A stretch of 64,000 nt of DNA. Source: Clostridia bacterium (GTDB lineage: Bacteria; Bacillota; Clostridia; Christensenellales; Borkfalkiaceae). The stretch is taken from positions 2,152 through 66,151 of the forward strand of contig JAFYWI010000002.1 in NCBI GenBank assembly GCA_017558105.1, written 5' to 3'. Positions 17,195 to 28,925 of this stretch are shown in pieces. A program made the position numbers and the translations under genes. Position 1 is the first letter of the stretch. Every line of letters starts with the position of its first letter. Below the pieces are notes generated by a model. The model saw only the letters and a list, made by a program, of their open reading frames with translations. It searched no databases and had not been told where the DNA came from.

Positions 17195-19483
17195 TTACAA
17201 TTTATTTCTTTGAATTTTACCACTGGTTGTTTTAGGCAATTCATCTCTAAATACAACAACCCTTGGGTATTTATACGGTGCAGTATGGTCTTTAACGTAT
17301 TTTTGAATTTCTTTCTTTAGTTCTTCTGTAGGAGCAGTACCTTTAGTTAATACAATACTTGCTTTTACTACTTGACCACGAACTTCATCTGGAACGGCAG
17401 AAACACCACATTCTAATACGTAAGGTAATTCCATTATTACACTTTCTATTTCAAAAGGCCCTATTCTGTAGCCAGAAGATTTAATTACGTCGTCTGCCCT
17501 ACCAACGTACCAATAGAAGCCGTCTTCATCTCGCCAAGCAACGTCGCCCGTGTGGTAGAACCCATCGTGCCAAACTTCGTTAGTTTTTTCATCGTCGTTA
17601 TAATAACCACTAAATAATCCACAAGGAATTCTGTCTTTAACGTTAATACAAATTTCGCCAGATTTACCCGTTTCTACTTCGTTGCCGTCGGCATCTAATA
17701 ACCTAACGTCGTAAAGTGGAACAGGTTTACCCATAGAACCTGGTTTGGTATCTGCGCCTTGCAAGTTACCTATAACAAGGGTTGTTTCAGTTTGACCAAA
17801 ACCTTCCATAATGCTTAAGCCCGTTGCCTTATTAAATTGCTTAAATACTTCTAAGTTTAAGGCTTCGCCAGCAGTCGTCATATGTTTTATAGAAGATAAA
17901 TCGTATTGAGAAATATCTTCTTTAACCATCATACGAAGCATTGTTGGTGGAGCGCAGAAAGTAGTAATACCATATTTTGCAAACATAGGTAAAATGTCGC
18001 TCGCGTTAAACTTTTCGAAGTCGTAGGTAAATAGCCCGCCTTCGCATAGCCATTGGCCGTACATTTTTCCCCACATTGCTTTGGCCCAACCGGTATCTGA
18101 AATAGTAAAGTGTATTCCGTTAGGGTCTACCGCGTGCCAATATTTAGCAGTATGGAAATGCCCTAATGGGTATTTGAAACTATGTTTTGCAATTTTTGGA
18201 TAGCCCGTTGTACCACTGGTGAAGAACATAATCATATCGTCGTCGCCACAAGCGGTGTTTTCATCTCTTTCAAAGTGAGTGCTAAATAAAGCACACTCTT
18301 CGTCGAAATTTCTCCAACCTTCTTTTGCTTCGCCAACTATAATTTTGTTTACTAGTTGAGGGCATTTTTTACTTGCAGTTTCTGCGTGCTTATATGCTTC
18401 CCCTTTAGAAGTACAAATAATGGTGCTAACCCCAGCAGAGTTAAACCTATATTCAAAGTCGTGGTCTAAAAGTTGGTTCATAGCAGGTATTGCTACTGCT
18501 CCAATTCTATTTAAGCCAAGTAAAGTGTACCAAAATTGGTAATCTCTACCTAAAACAAGCATAACCTTATCGCCTTTTTTAATACCTAAAGACTTAAAGT
18601 AGTTTGCTGCACGGCAAGAATATTTTTTAATATCGCTAAAAGTAAACCTTCTTTCTTCCTTTTCCCTAGAAATATGTAGTAGGGCAAGTTTATTAGGGTC
18701 TTTTTTAGCAATTTCGTCTATAATATCAAATGCAAAGTTGAATTTTTCTATATTCTTAAAGTCTATAGTTTTTAATACGCCGTTTTCATCTACGGTGGTT
18801 TCTATAAACTTTTTATAAACTCTTTCAACAGAGTCTTTTTTAACCGTTTTAACTTCTAAATTCTTATGCTTCTTTTGTAATTCTGGTATTGCTTCGCCAG
18901 TAGGGTTTAATACTATTGCGTAGAAAATACAATCTTTACCACCAACGGCTATCATTCCGTGTGGGGTTGCAGAGTTATAATAAATACTATCGCCTGCGCT
19001 TAAAACTTCTTCGTGTTCGCCAATTTTTACTTTTAATTGACCTTCTATAACGATATCTAATTCTTGCCCAGAGTGAGAAGTTACTTCTATTTCTTTGTTT
19101 TGCGCTTCTAAACTATATTCACTGCGAACGTAAAGTGGTTCTGCAATACGGTTTTTAAAAGACGGTGCTAAGTTAAAATACGTCATACCGTGTGCTTGTT
19201 CTATTTTTTGACCTTTGCCTGCACGAGTTAAAGTATAAGACCTTAAATTTGGGCTTTGACCTTCTATAATATCGGTAACGTCTACGTTAAAGGCTTGCGC
19301 ACAACGATAAATAAATGCAAAGTTTAAATCTTGCAAACCTTCTTCGCACTTAATATATTCTTCTTCAGAAACACCCGTTCTTTCTGCCATTTCTAAGGTA
19401 GAAAGACTTTCTATTTCACGAAGTTCTTTTATTCTGTTCGCCATTTCCTTGATTTTTAAATCAAGTTCTAAAAAATTACTCAT
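17195..19483 (-). CDS. XRE-HTH + cupin domain fused to an AMP-forming (medium/short-chain) acyl-CoA synthetase
   Basis: ATG 19483 with GGAGAG RBS; the track's longer ORF runs into the T-box terminator. HTH: IKELREIESLSTLEMAERTGVS. Cupin: GDSIYYNSATPHGM. ANL enzyme: FFTSGTTGYPK, GFGQTET, YHTGD, SSGYRIGPFEIES, TTSGKIQR. Confidence 0.85.
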   Translation of the reverse strand: MSNFLELDLKIKEMANRIKELREIESLSTLEMAERTGVSEEEYIKCEEGLQDLNFAFIYRCAQAFNVDVTDIIEGQSPNLRSYTLTRAGKGQKIEQAHGMTYFNLAPSFKNRIAEPLYVRSEYSLEAQNKEIEVTSHSGQELDIVIEGQLKVKIGEHEEVLSAGDSIYYNSATPHGMIAVGGKDCIFYAIVLNPTGEAIPELQKKHKNLEVKTVKKDSVERVYKKFIETTVDENGVLKTIDFKNIEKFNFAFDIIDEIAKKDPNKLALLHISREKEERRFTFSDIKKYSCRAANYFKSLGIKKGDKVMLVLGRDYQFWYTLLGLNRIGAVAIPAMNQLLDHDFEYRFNSAGVSTIICTSKGEAYKHAETASKKCPQLVNKIIVGEAKEGWRNFDEECALFSTHFERDENTACGDDDMIMFFTSGTTGYPKIAKHSFKYPLGHFHTAKYWHAVDPNGIHFTISDTGWAKAMWGKMYGQWLCEGGLFTYDFEKFNASDILPMFAKYGITTFCAPPTMLRMMVKEDISQYDLSSIKHMTTAGEALNLEVFKQFNKATGLSIMEGFGQTETTLVIGNLQGADTKPGSMGKPVPLYDVRLLDADGNEVETGKSGEICINVKDRIPCGLFSGYYNDDEKTNEVWHDGFYHTGDVAWRDEDGFYWYVGRADDVIKSSGYRIGPFEIESVIMELPYVLECGVSAVPDEVRGQVVKASIVLTKGTAPTEELKKEIQKYVKDHTAPYKYPRVVVFRDELPKTTSGKIQRNKL

Positions 19484-19499
19484 ATTTCTCTCCGTTTTG

Positions 19500-19775
19500 G
19501 AACGAAAAAAACCCGCCCCAAAGATTTTATACTTCGAGACGAGCCTACATTTAGCCCGCGGTACCACTCAAATTGCAGTTAAACTGCCACCTCAGAATCT
19601 AACAATTCTTATGCACTAACGTAGCAACTACGGGGAAGTTCTACTAAAAACTAAAAAATTTTTTTCTTCTTCCCAACTCGAAAGTTACAAACTTTAACCT
19701 TTCTGTAACGGCTTTCACCACCCGCCGTCTCTCTGAAACCTACTAAATTAAAGCACCCTTTGTCTTCGTCTTTAT
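19500..19775 (-). promoter_or_regulatory. T-box riboswitch leader (tRNA-sensing antiterminator)
   Basis: On the minus strand: AGAGAG bulge plus distal-loop GGGUGGUGAAAGCC. T-box sequence AAUUUGAGUGGUACCGCGGGC at 19554-19574. Terminator CUCGUCUCGAAG-N8-CUUUGGGGCGGG-U7 at 19505-19543. Confidence 0.85.
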
Positions 19776-19786
19776 ATTTTTTTATT

Positions 19787-19816
19787 ATTTTAACATACTT
19801 AAACTATATATGTCAA
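19787..19816 (-). promoter_or_regulatory. Sigma-A promoter upstream of the T-box leader
   Basis: On the minus strand: TTGACA, 18 nt, TAAAAT, with a TGn extended -10. Confidence 0.5.
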
Positions 19817-19867
19817 CAATTTTTAAGCCCTTATTTTTATAGTTTAAATAGTATATTATTACCTTTT

Positions 19868-20599
19868 TTATTCTTCAATTTTGAATGCTTCTTTATTCGT
19901 GCAATAATAAATATCTTCTTTATTAGAAACTAATTTACAAAAATCTTCAATTACTTGCCAATCTACACCGCCGTTAGCATAGTCGAACTCATAGGTATGC
20001 CCCCAAATATAAAATAGTTGTGGTTTGGTAGGGTTTTTCATATTTATAAACTTTTCTGCTAATTCAAAAAGTTCTTTTTTATTGCCAATATGAGCAGTTG
20101 GGTCAAACGATAAAAGATTTTCTTGTAAATCAAAACTAAAGTTTTTTCTTATGGTTCTTGAATACTTAACCCCGGTATTTTCTTTTATTACTTTTATAAC
20201 CCTTTCATCGTGGTTTGGGTCTGCGTTAGGATAAGCCATACCTACAACTTCGTAGCCACATAGATTAGAAAGTATTTTCCTATCTTCTTCTACTTGCCAA
20301 ATTATGCAACTATCGTCTTCGTTAACTAAATATGGGTGAGTTAAAGTATGCACTGCAACTTCGTGCCCAGAGTAAATCTTTTTAATATCTTCTGCGTGAA
20401 CCTTATTATGTGGAATTTGAATAATTTCGCCGTCTTTTTTAACGTTTACTATTCCTTTATTGCCAAATAGCCCTGAATTTAGGTTGAAAGTGCTTTTTAA
20501 ACCGTATTTATTTAATATTTCTATAAACCTAATATCTTGTGTAATGCCATCGTCAAAACTAAAAGTTAACGCTTTATTAAATTTATTTTGCCAATACAT
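19868..20599 (-). CDS. Polysaccharide deacetylase (NodB-homology / CE4-like)
   Basis: LTFSFDDGITQD...HTLTHP motifs. ATG 20599 (MYWQNKF) with RBS GGAGAAAAA is preferred to the track start at 20656. Confidence 0.7.
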   Translation of the reverse strand: MYWQNKFNKALTFSFDDGITQDIRFIEILNKYGLKSTFNLNSGLFGNKGIVNVKKDGEIIQIPHNKVHAEDIKKIYSGHEVAVHTLTHPYLVNEDDSCIIWQVEEDRKILSNLCGYEVVGMAYPNADPNHDERVIKVIKENTGVKYSRTIRKNFSFDLQENLLSFDPTAHIGNKKELFELAEKFINMKNPTKPQLFYIWGHTYEFDYANGGVDWQVIEDFCKLVSNKEDIYYCTNKEAFKIEE

Positions 20600-20773
20600 A
20601 ATTTTTCTCCTTAAATTTAGCCACTTAATTATATAATAATCATTAAAAAATTTCAAGGCAATTTAAAAACAAAAAAAAGTTTTTTTATTTTTGCACTATT
20701 TTTTGCACTATAAGACACACTTTTAATAAATTGCTTGATTTTTTATGTAAATTATAATATTATAATTTTAAGT

Positions 20774-21670
20774 ATGGAAAGCAACAATAATTTTACAAAA
20801 TATTCTTTAAAAAAGAATATAAATATTCCCGCATTATATACCGTGCACTACTTTAAGTATGGAAAAAATTTTAGTTTCCACGGCGAAAGTCATAACTTTT
20901 GGGAGTTGGTGTATATAGATAGCGGTAAGGCAACCATTGTTTCCGATAAAAAAGAGTTTACCCTTTTACAAGGGCAAGCCTTTTTGCATACTCCAAACGA
21001 ATTTCACACTATTTACACTACAGATAGTTTTGCAAACTCCGTTATTATTTCTTTTGATTGCAAAAACAAACAATTAATGGAAATTGCAGACAAAGTTTTG
21101 GTTTTAGGCGACAATGAAAAAATGCTATTGAACAAAATTATTAAAGAAGCAGACCTTACTTTTGACGATAAGTTAGACCAAATTTATTTGCAAAAAATGA
21201 ACAAAAAGAAAAATGCCCCTTTTGCTTGCGAACAAGTTCTTAAAAATTGCATTGAATTATTGTTTGTTTGGCTGTTAAGAGATTCAAAAAATACGCAAAA
21301 AGTTAGCACTATGTTCGTTAACGTTGGCTCTAACGATATTACAGATAGAATTATGAACATATTAAATGCTAAAATTAACAAAGGCGAAAACGTTAGTTTA
21401 GAAGAACTTGCTTATTCCCTTAACGTTAGCAAAAGTTATATTAAACAACAATTTAAAAAGGTAAACGGCTATTCGGTTATAGAATTTTTTATTAAACTTA
21501 AAATTAACAAGGCTAAAGAACTTTTAAGCCAAAACAAGCATTCTGTTACAGAAATTGCAGATATGTTAGGGTTTTCTACCGTGTTTTATTTTAGCAGACA
21601 ATTTAAAAAACATACCGATATGTCCCCTACAGAATATGTTAAATCGATAAAAGTAGATAATTTATTATAA
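20774..21670 (+). CDS. AraC-family transcriptional regulator (cupin N-terminus, HTH C-terminus)
   Basis: C-terminal SLEELAYSLNVSKSYIKQQFKK...ITEIADMLGFSTVFYFSRQFKKHTDMSPTEY. Start taken at MESNNN. Confidence 0.8.
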   Translation: MESNNNFTKYSLKKNINIPALYTVHYFKYGKNFSFHGESHNFWELVYIDSGKATIVSDKKEFTLLQGQAFLHTPNEFHTIYTTDSFANSVIISFDCKNKQLMEIADKVLVLGDNEKMLLNKIIKEADLTFDDKLDQIYLQKMNKKKNAPFACEQVLKNCIELLFVWLLRDSKNTQKVSTMFVNVGSNDITDRIMNILNAKINKGENVSLEELAYSLNVSKSYIKQQFKKVNGYSVIEFFIKLKINKAKELLSQNKHSVTEIADMLGFSTVFYFSRQFKKHTDMSPTEYVKSIKVDNLL

Positions 21671-21681
21671 AGGTGAACACT

Positions 21682-22830
21682 ATGAAAGGTTTTAAAAATG
21701 CAAGAGTTTATTTGTACGAAAAAGGAATTGTAACTACTAACGTTGGTTTTGAAAACGGCGCAATCGCCTACGTTGGCAACGAAGACGTTATTACCGAAGT
21801 TTTACCATATAAGGAAGGGCAAGTTATAGTTCCTGGCTTTATAGACCAACACATACACGGCGCGTTTGGTGCAGACGCTATGGATGGAACGGTAGAATCT
21901 TTAGAAAAAATTGCTTGTGCTATAGCCGAAGAAGGTACAACAACCTTTTTAGCAACTACAATGACTAATAGCGAAGAAGATATTTTAAGGGCTATGAACG
22001 CCGTTAAAGAATATAAAGAACTAAATTCTAAAAAAGGTGCATTACTACACGGCATACATTTAGAAGGTCCGTTTATTTCGCCTAAACACGCAGGCGCTCA
22101 ACCTAAAGAATATATTGCTAAACCTATTGTGGAACAATTTGAAAAATATAATATTGCTAGTGGAAACAACGTTAAATTGGTTTCTTTAGCACCAGAAGTA
22201 GATGGCGCTTTAGAACTTATAGATTATTTAAATAAAAACGGCATAGTAGCAAGCGCTGGTCATACGGACGCAGGCTATAACGATATTAAAAAAGCCATAG
22301 AACACGGCTTAAAAAATATTACCCACACCTTTAACGCGCAAAAGCCACTTCACCACAGAGAAATTGGTACGGTTGGTAGTGCATTTTTATTTGATAGCCT
22401 TAACTGCGAAGCCATTTGCGACACTATTCATTTAAGCATACCTGCAATTAAACTTTTAATTAAAAACAAACCACACGATAAAGTTAGTTTAATTACAGAC
22501 TCTATGCGTGCAAAATATTTACCAGACGGGTTAAGTGAATTAGGTGGCCAACAAGTTATTGTTAAAGACGGCGAAGCAAGGTTAGTAGACGGAACTTTGG
22601 CTGGTAGCATATTAAAAATGTGCGACGCTGTTAAAAACCTTGTATTAAAGTGCGACGTTAAGTTTACCGACGCTATAGATTTTGCAACCGTTAACCCTGC
22701 TAAAAACCTAAATATCTTTGATAAAAAAGGTTCTATTGCCGTTGGTAAAGATGCCGATATTACCGTGCTTAACGAAGACTTTAGCGTTGAGCTAACCATT
22801 AGAGAAGGTAACGTTATTTATAAAAAATAA
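21682..22830 (+). CDS. nagA: N-acetylglucosamine-6-phosphate deacetylase
   Basis: PGFIDQHIHG, HLEGPF, AGHTDA and ITHTFNA motifs. ATG 21682 has an AGGTG RBS 7 nt upstream. Confidence 0.85.
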   Translation: MKGFKNARVYLYEKGIVTTNVGFENGAIAYVGNEDVITEVLPYKEGQVIVPGFIDQHIHGAFGADAMDGTVESLEKIACAIAEEGTTTFLATTMTNSEEDILRAMNAVKEYKELNSKKGALLHGIHLEGPFISPKHAGAQPKEYIAKPIVEQFEKYNIASGNNVKLVSLAPEVDGALELIDYLNKNGIVASAGHTDAGYNDIKKAIEHGLKNITHTFNAQKPLHHREIGTVGSAFLFDSLNCEAICDTIHLSIPAIKLLIKNKPHDKVSLITDSMRAKYLPDGLSELGGQQVIVKDGEARLVDGTLAGSILKMCDAVKNLVLKCDVKFTDAIDFATVNPAKNLNIFDKKGSIAVGKDADITVLNEDFSVELTIREGNVIYKK

Positions 22831-22872
22831 ACACTTAAAAACACTAATATTTTACAAACGATTTTAATAATT

Positions 22873-22902
22873 AAAAACCCACTACTTTTCGTAGTGGGTT
22901 TT
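22873..22902. terminator. Bidirectional terminator between nagA and gyrA
   Basis: cccactac-N5-gtagtggg with flanking A and T runs. Confidence 0.7.
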
Positions 22903-22929
22903 GTTGTTGTTTTGTTTTTTATTTAGTTA

Positions 22930-25437
22930 TTATTCAGCGCTTTCGGTAGTTTCTTCTACTTCTTCGGTGTCTTCTTCACTCTTTGGGCTTATTGCTATTT
23001 TAGATATAGAAGTTTCGTCTAAACGCATAATTCTAACCCCTTGAGTGTCTCTGCCAATTTTGCTAATACCAGACGCGGCAACCCTAATGATTGTGCCGTT
23101 TACGGTAATTAACATAATATCTTCTGCACTAGAAACTAATTTTAAGTTAACTAACTGACCGGTTTTCTCGTTAAACACACCTGCTTTAACGCCTTTACCG
23201 CCACGTTGTTGTAGCCTATAATCGCTAATGTCTGAACGTTTGCCATAACCCTTTTCTGTTACGGTAATAACTTCGCAGTCTTCTTTAATAACCGTCATAT
23301 CAACAACGAAATCGTCGTCGTTAAGTTCTAAGCCTTTAACACCTTGAGTATCTCTGCCGGTAGGTCTTACGTCTGTTTCTGCAAACCTAATACACTTACC
23401 ACTATGAGATGCCATTAAAATTTCATCTTTACCATTGGTTAATTGAACGGAAATTAGTTCGTCGCCTTCAACTATAGAAATTGCTATTTTACCCGTTTTT
23501 CTAATGCTTGCAAATTCTGTTAAAGCAGTTTTCTTAATTATGCCGTTTTTAGTTGCCATTGCAATATAGCCTTCGGTATCTGCCTTTAACGGCAACATTG
23601 CGCAAACCTTTTCGTTTTGTTCTAATTGTAATAGGTTAACAATTGCTCTGCCCCTTGCCGTTCTTTGCGCTTCTGGTACGAAATAACCTTTTATGCTATA
23701 TACTTTACCTTTATCTGTAAAGAACAATATATCGTCGTGAGTGGAGCAAACGAACATATCGTCTATAAAGTCTTCTTCTTTTGGCTTATGAGCCGTTACA
23801 CCCCTGCCACCCCTTCTTTGAGTTCTATATTCGGTAATAGGTAACCTTTTAACGTAGCCAAAGTGGGTTAAACTTATAACAACGTCTTCTACAGGGATTA
23901 AATCTGCAATATCTATTTCGCCATAGTCGTAAGAAAGTTCTGTTTTTCTTGGTGATGGATATTTATTTTTCATATCTATCATATCTGTTTTAATAATATT
24001 TTTAACTCTACTTTCGTTATTTAAAATATCTGTTAAATCATCTATGATTTTGCCAAGTTCAACAAGTTCTTCGTTTAATTTTTCAACTTCCATAGCAGTT
24101 AAACGTTGAAGCCTCATTTCCAAAATTGCGTTGGCTTGTTTTTCAGAAAGTTCAAACCTTTCGGTTAATGCGCTAACTGCACTATTTTTATCGTTAGAAG
24201 CCTTAATAATTTCTATAACTTCGTCTATATTAGCAAGTGCAATTACTAAACCTTTTACTATATGCGCCCTTTCTTCCGCTTTTGCTAAATCGTATTTAGT
24301 TCTTCTAATAATAACGGATTCTTGGTGAGCAATATAGTGTTCTAAAATTTCTTTTAAGCCTAAAACCTTTGGCTCGCCGTCTACTAAAGCAAGTAAAATT
24401 ATGCCGTCTTTAACTTGAAGGTTGGTGTGCTTAAACAACGTGTTTAGAACTACTTGAGAGTTTACGTCTTTTTTAAGTTCTATAACTATTCTCATACCGT
24501 GCCTATCAGACTCGTCGCGTAAGTTAGATATGCCTTCAATTCTTTTATCGTTAACCATTTGAGCAATGGTTTTAATTAATTCTTCTTTATTTACTTGGTA
24601 AGGTATTTCGGTTACGACGATTTTTTCTCTGCCGTTTGCCATTTCTTCAATATCTGTTTTAGCCCTTAAAACAAAGCCACCTTTACCCGTTTTATACGCT
24701 TGCCTTATACCTGCTCTGCCCATTAAAACGCCACCAGTAGGATAATCTGGTGCAGGGATAATTTCCATAAGTTCTTCTATGCTAATTTCAGGGTTATCTA
24801 ATAAAGCAATACACCCGTCTAAACACTCTGCAAGGTTGTGTGGTGGAATATTAGTTGCCATACCAACGGCAATACCGTCTGCACCGTTAACTAATACGTT
24901 AGGAAACCTTGAAGGTAATACAACCGGTTGCATTTCAGTATCGTCGAAGTTAGGGTAGAAATCTACCGTGTCTTTATCTATTTCCTTTAACATTTCGTTA
25001 GCAAGTTTACTTAACCTTGCTTCCGTGTACCTATATGCTGCGGCAGAGTCGCCGTCGACAGAACCGAAGTTGCCGTGCCCATCTACGAGTGGACAATTTA
25101 TAGAGAAATCTTGCGCTAAACGAACTAATGCATCGTAAACGGAACTATCGCCGTGTGGGTGATATTTACCTAAAACTTCACCGACGATTTTTGCACATTT
25201 TTTATGTGCCTTATCAGAAGTTAAGCCCATATCGTGCATAGCGTACAAAATTCTTCTATGAACGGGTTTCAAACCATCTCTTACGTCTGGAATAGCCCTT
25301 GAAACGTTAACCGCCATAGCATATGCTATAAAAGACTTTTTAACTTCGTTATTAACTTCTATATTTATAAGTTTTGTCTTTTTTAAGGTTTCTTCAAAAT
25401 CTTTACTAAGTTCAACACTATTATCTTTTTTAGCCAT
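22930..25437 (-). CDS. gyrA: DNA gyrase subunit A
   Basis: 835 aa with [23 protein letters not shown]-type N-terminus (here [26 protein letters not shown]), [17 protein letters not shown] and an acidic C-terminal tail. Confidence 0.98.
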   Translation of the reverse strand: [835 protein letters not shown]

Positions 25438-25448
25438 AGTATTCCTCC

Positions 25449-27443
<1,995 letters not shown>

Positions 27444-27585
27444 TTACCTTTTTTACAAGCGTTTTTTGCAACTTTAAAACTATTTATAGTTTTAATAAGC
27501 ATATTTTTTAACTTTTGAAAATATTGCCGAAAAATGTATATTTTTTTGGTTAAAAAACCATACTAATTAGGCAAGGGAGACGGTT

Positions 27586-27735
27586 ATGATAGAGTGTAAA
27601 AATTGCAAAAATATAGTTAAAGACGGCAATCTTTTAGGATGTAAAAATTGTGGTGCTTACATTTGTGCAAGTTGTGGCGAAAAAACTAAAAAAATTTGCC
27701 CTTATTGTTATAGCGATTTGGAATTTTTTGGTTAA
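27586..27735 (+). CDS. 49-aa cysteine-rich (4x CxxC) zinc-ribbon mini-protein, absent from the ORF track
   Basis: RBS gggagacggttATG. Translation MIECKNCKNIVKDGNLLGCKNCGAYICASCGEKTKKICPYCYSDLEFFG*. A strong terminator follows. Confidence 0.55.
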   Translation: MIECKNCKNIVKDGNLLGCKNCGAYICASCGEKTKKICPYCYSDLEFFG

Positions 27736-27755
27736 ATAAATTAATATTTTACAAC

Positions 27756-27787
27756 AAAAAAAGGGCAAAAATTTTGCCCTTTTTTTG
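27756..27787. terminator. Bidirectional terminator
   Basis: gggcaa-N5-ttgccc stem with an A run upstream and a T7 run downstream. Confidence 0.7.
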
Positions 27788-27818
27788 AACTTTTTTATTT
27801 TAAGTTGGTTTTTATTTT

Positions 27819-28925
27819 TTAGTTAAATTTTTCTTTATTTTCTTTTATGCTTTCAAAAAGTTTAATTTCAAAGTCAATTAAGCCTTTTAATTGACTGTTT
27901 TTGGCTTCTTTGATACCCTTGTTATAGAACATATCAAAAACTTCTTTTTCCTTTCTTACGTACAAAAGATAGGCTAATTTTGCTCGTAACGTTTTAGCCG
28001 TGTTAACGTTATTTAAGTATTTTTCTAGTTCGTAGGTTAAATCGTCTGCCAAGTCTTCGTTATAATTAAAGGTGCAAGCGTTAAATAACGCGTCTACTTT
28101 AATTTCGTTTATATAACCTTTTGGCATATATTCTTCTAACCCTAAAAGCCTTTCGATAGTTTTAATTGCGTTAGCGTAATCTTTTTTATCTAAATAATAG
28201 TTATACCTTGCGTTTAGTAGGTTTATAAACATAATTTCATCTTCTGGTAATTGTGGAAGGTTAAAATATTTTTCTTCTTCTATTTCGCTAGGAGTTTTAC
28301 CTTGATATAACAATGCTTGAATTTCTAATAAACCAACGGTAACTTTTGCAATATCATCTTTTCTTTTTAAGCCTAAAGCAGTTGCGCCATCGTTTCTAAA
28401 ACCACCTTCTGTCATTGGCAATAAACTGCCTAATGCGAAGAAGGCAGAAACTGGTAGTGCCATACTTAAAAAGAAATATAATTCAACTGGTAAAAGGCTT
28501 ACGAAAAATAGTGGTACAATGCTAATTATAGTTAAAACGGAAGAAACTACGCCACCAGATATTGCAACTTTTCTATACCTTTTAAAAAGGTTTTCGGTTG
28601 TGGTAGGAACAAGTTCGGTGCTACCTGCTTGGTCTTTTAACATTATAAATTTAAACTTTAGTTTGCCGTTAATTTTTTCCCACCTAAAAAACCAAACTGA
28701 AAAAGAAATAAGTTCAAATTTGTTAATTTTGCCTGCTATTAAATGCCCCCATTCGTGCAAAAAAGTGTTTATTAGCCCAAACACTATTGCTCCACCTAAC
28801 GCAATTAAGCCGTTAATTATTACGTTTTCCGTTTGGGCGCCTGCTAGCGCGCAACTTAAAATTACAAGCCCTAAAGTAGCGCCCAAAGATATTATATTGT
28901 TTATTAAAGTAGTTTTTTTATTCAT
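27819..28925 (-). CDS. Membrane-embedded HExxH zinc metalloprotease (M50/DUF3267-like) with a helical-repeat C-terminal domain
   Basis: 368 aa. LHEWGHLIAG lies within a TM helix, there are four or more TM segments and a later NDG motif. The C-terminal ~170 aa are TPR-like helical. Confidence 0.55.
   Translation of the reverse strand: MNKKTTLINNIISLGATLGLVILSCALAGAQTENVIINGLIALGGAIVFGLINTFLHEWGHLIAGKINKFELISFSVWFFRWEKINGKLKFKFIMLKDQAGSTELVPTTTENLFKRYRKVAISGGVVSSVLTIISIVPLFFVSLLPVELYFFLSMALPVSAFFALGSLLPMTEGGFRNDGATALGLKRKDDIAKVTVGLLEIQALLYQGKTPSEIEEEKYFNLPQLPEDEIMFINLLNARYNYYLDKKDYANAIKTIERLLGLEEYMPKGYINEIKVDALFNACTFNYNEDLADDLTYELEKYLNNVNTAKTLRAKLAYLLYVRKEKEVFDMFYNKGIKEAKNSQLKGLIDFEIKLFESIKENKEKFN

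Noticed and set aside
19484-19567. N-terminal extension of the 790-aa track ORF (MVPRAKCRLVSKYKIFGAGFFRSKTERN...)
   Set aside because: It overlaps the T-box sequence and its terminator hairpin. ATG 19483 has a GGAGAG RBS and begins the recognisable HTH domain.
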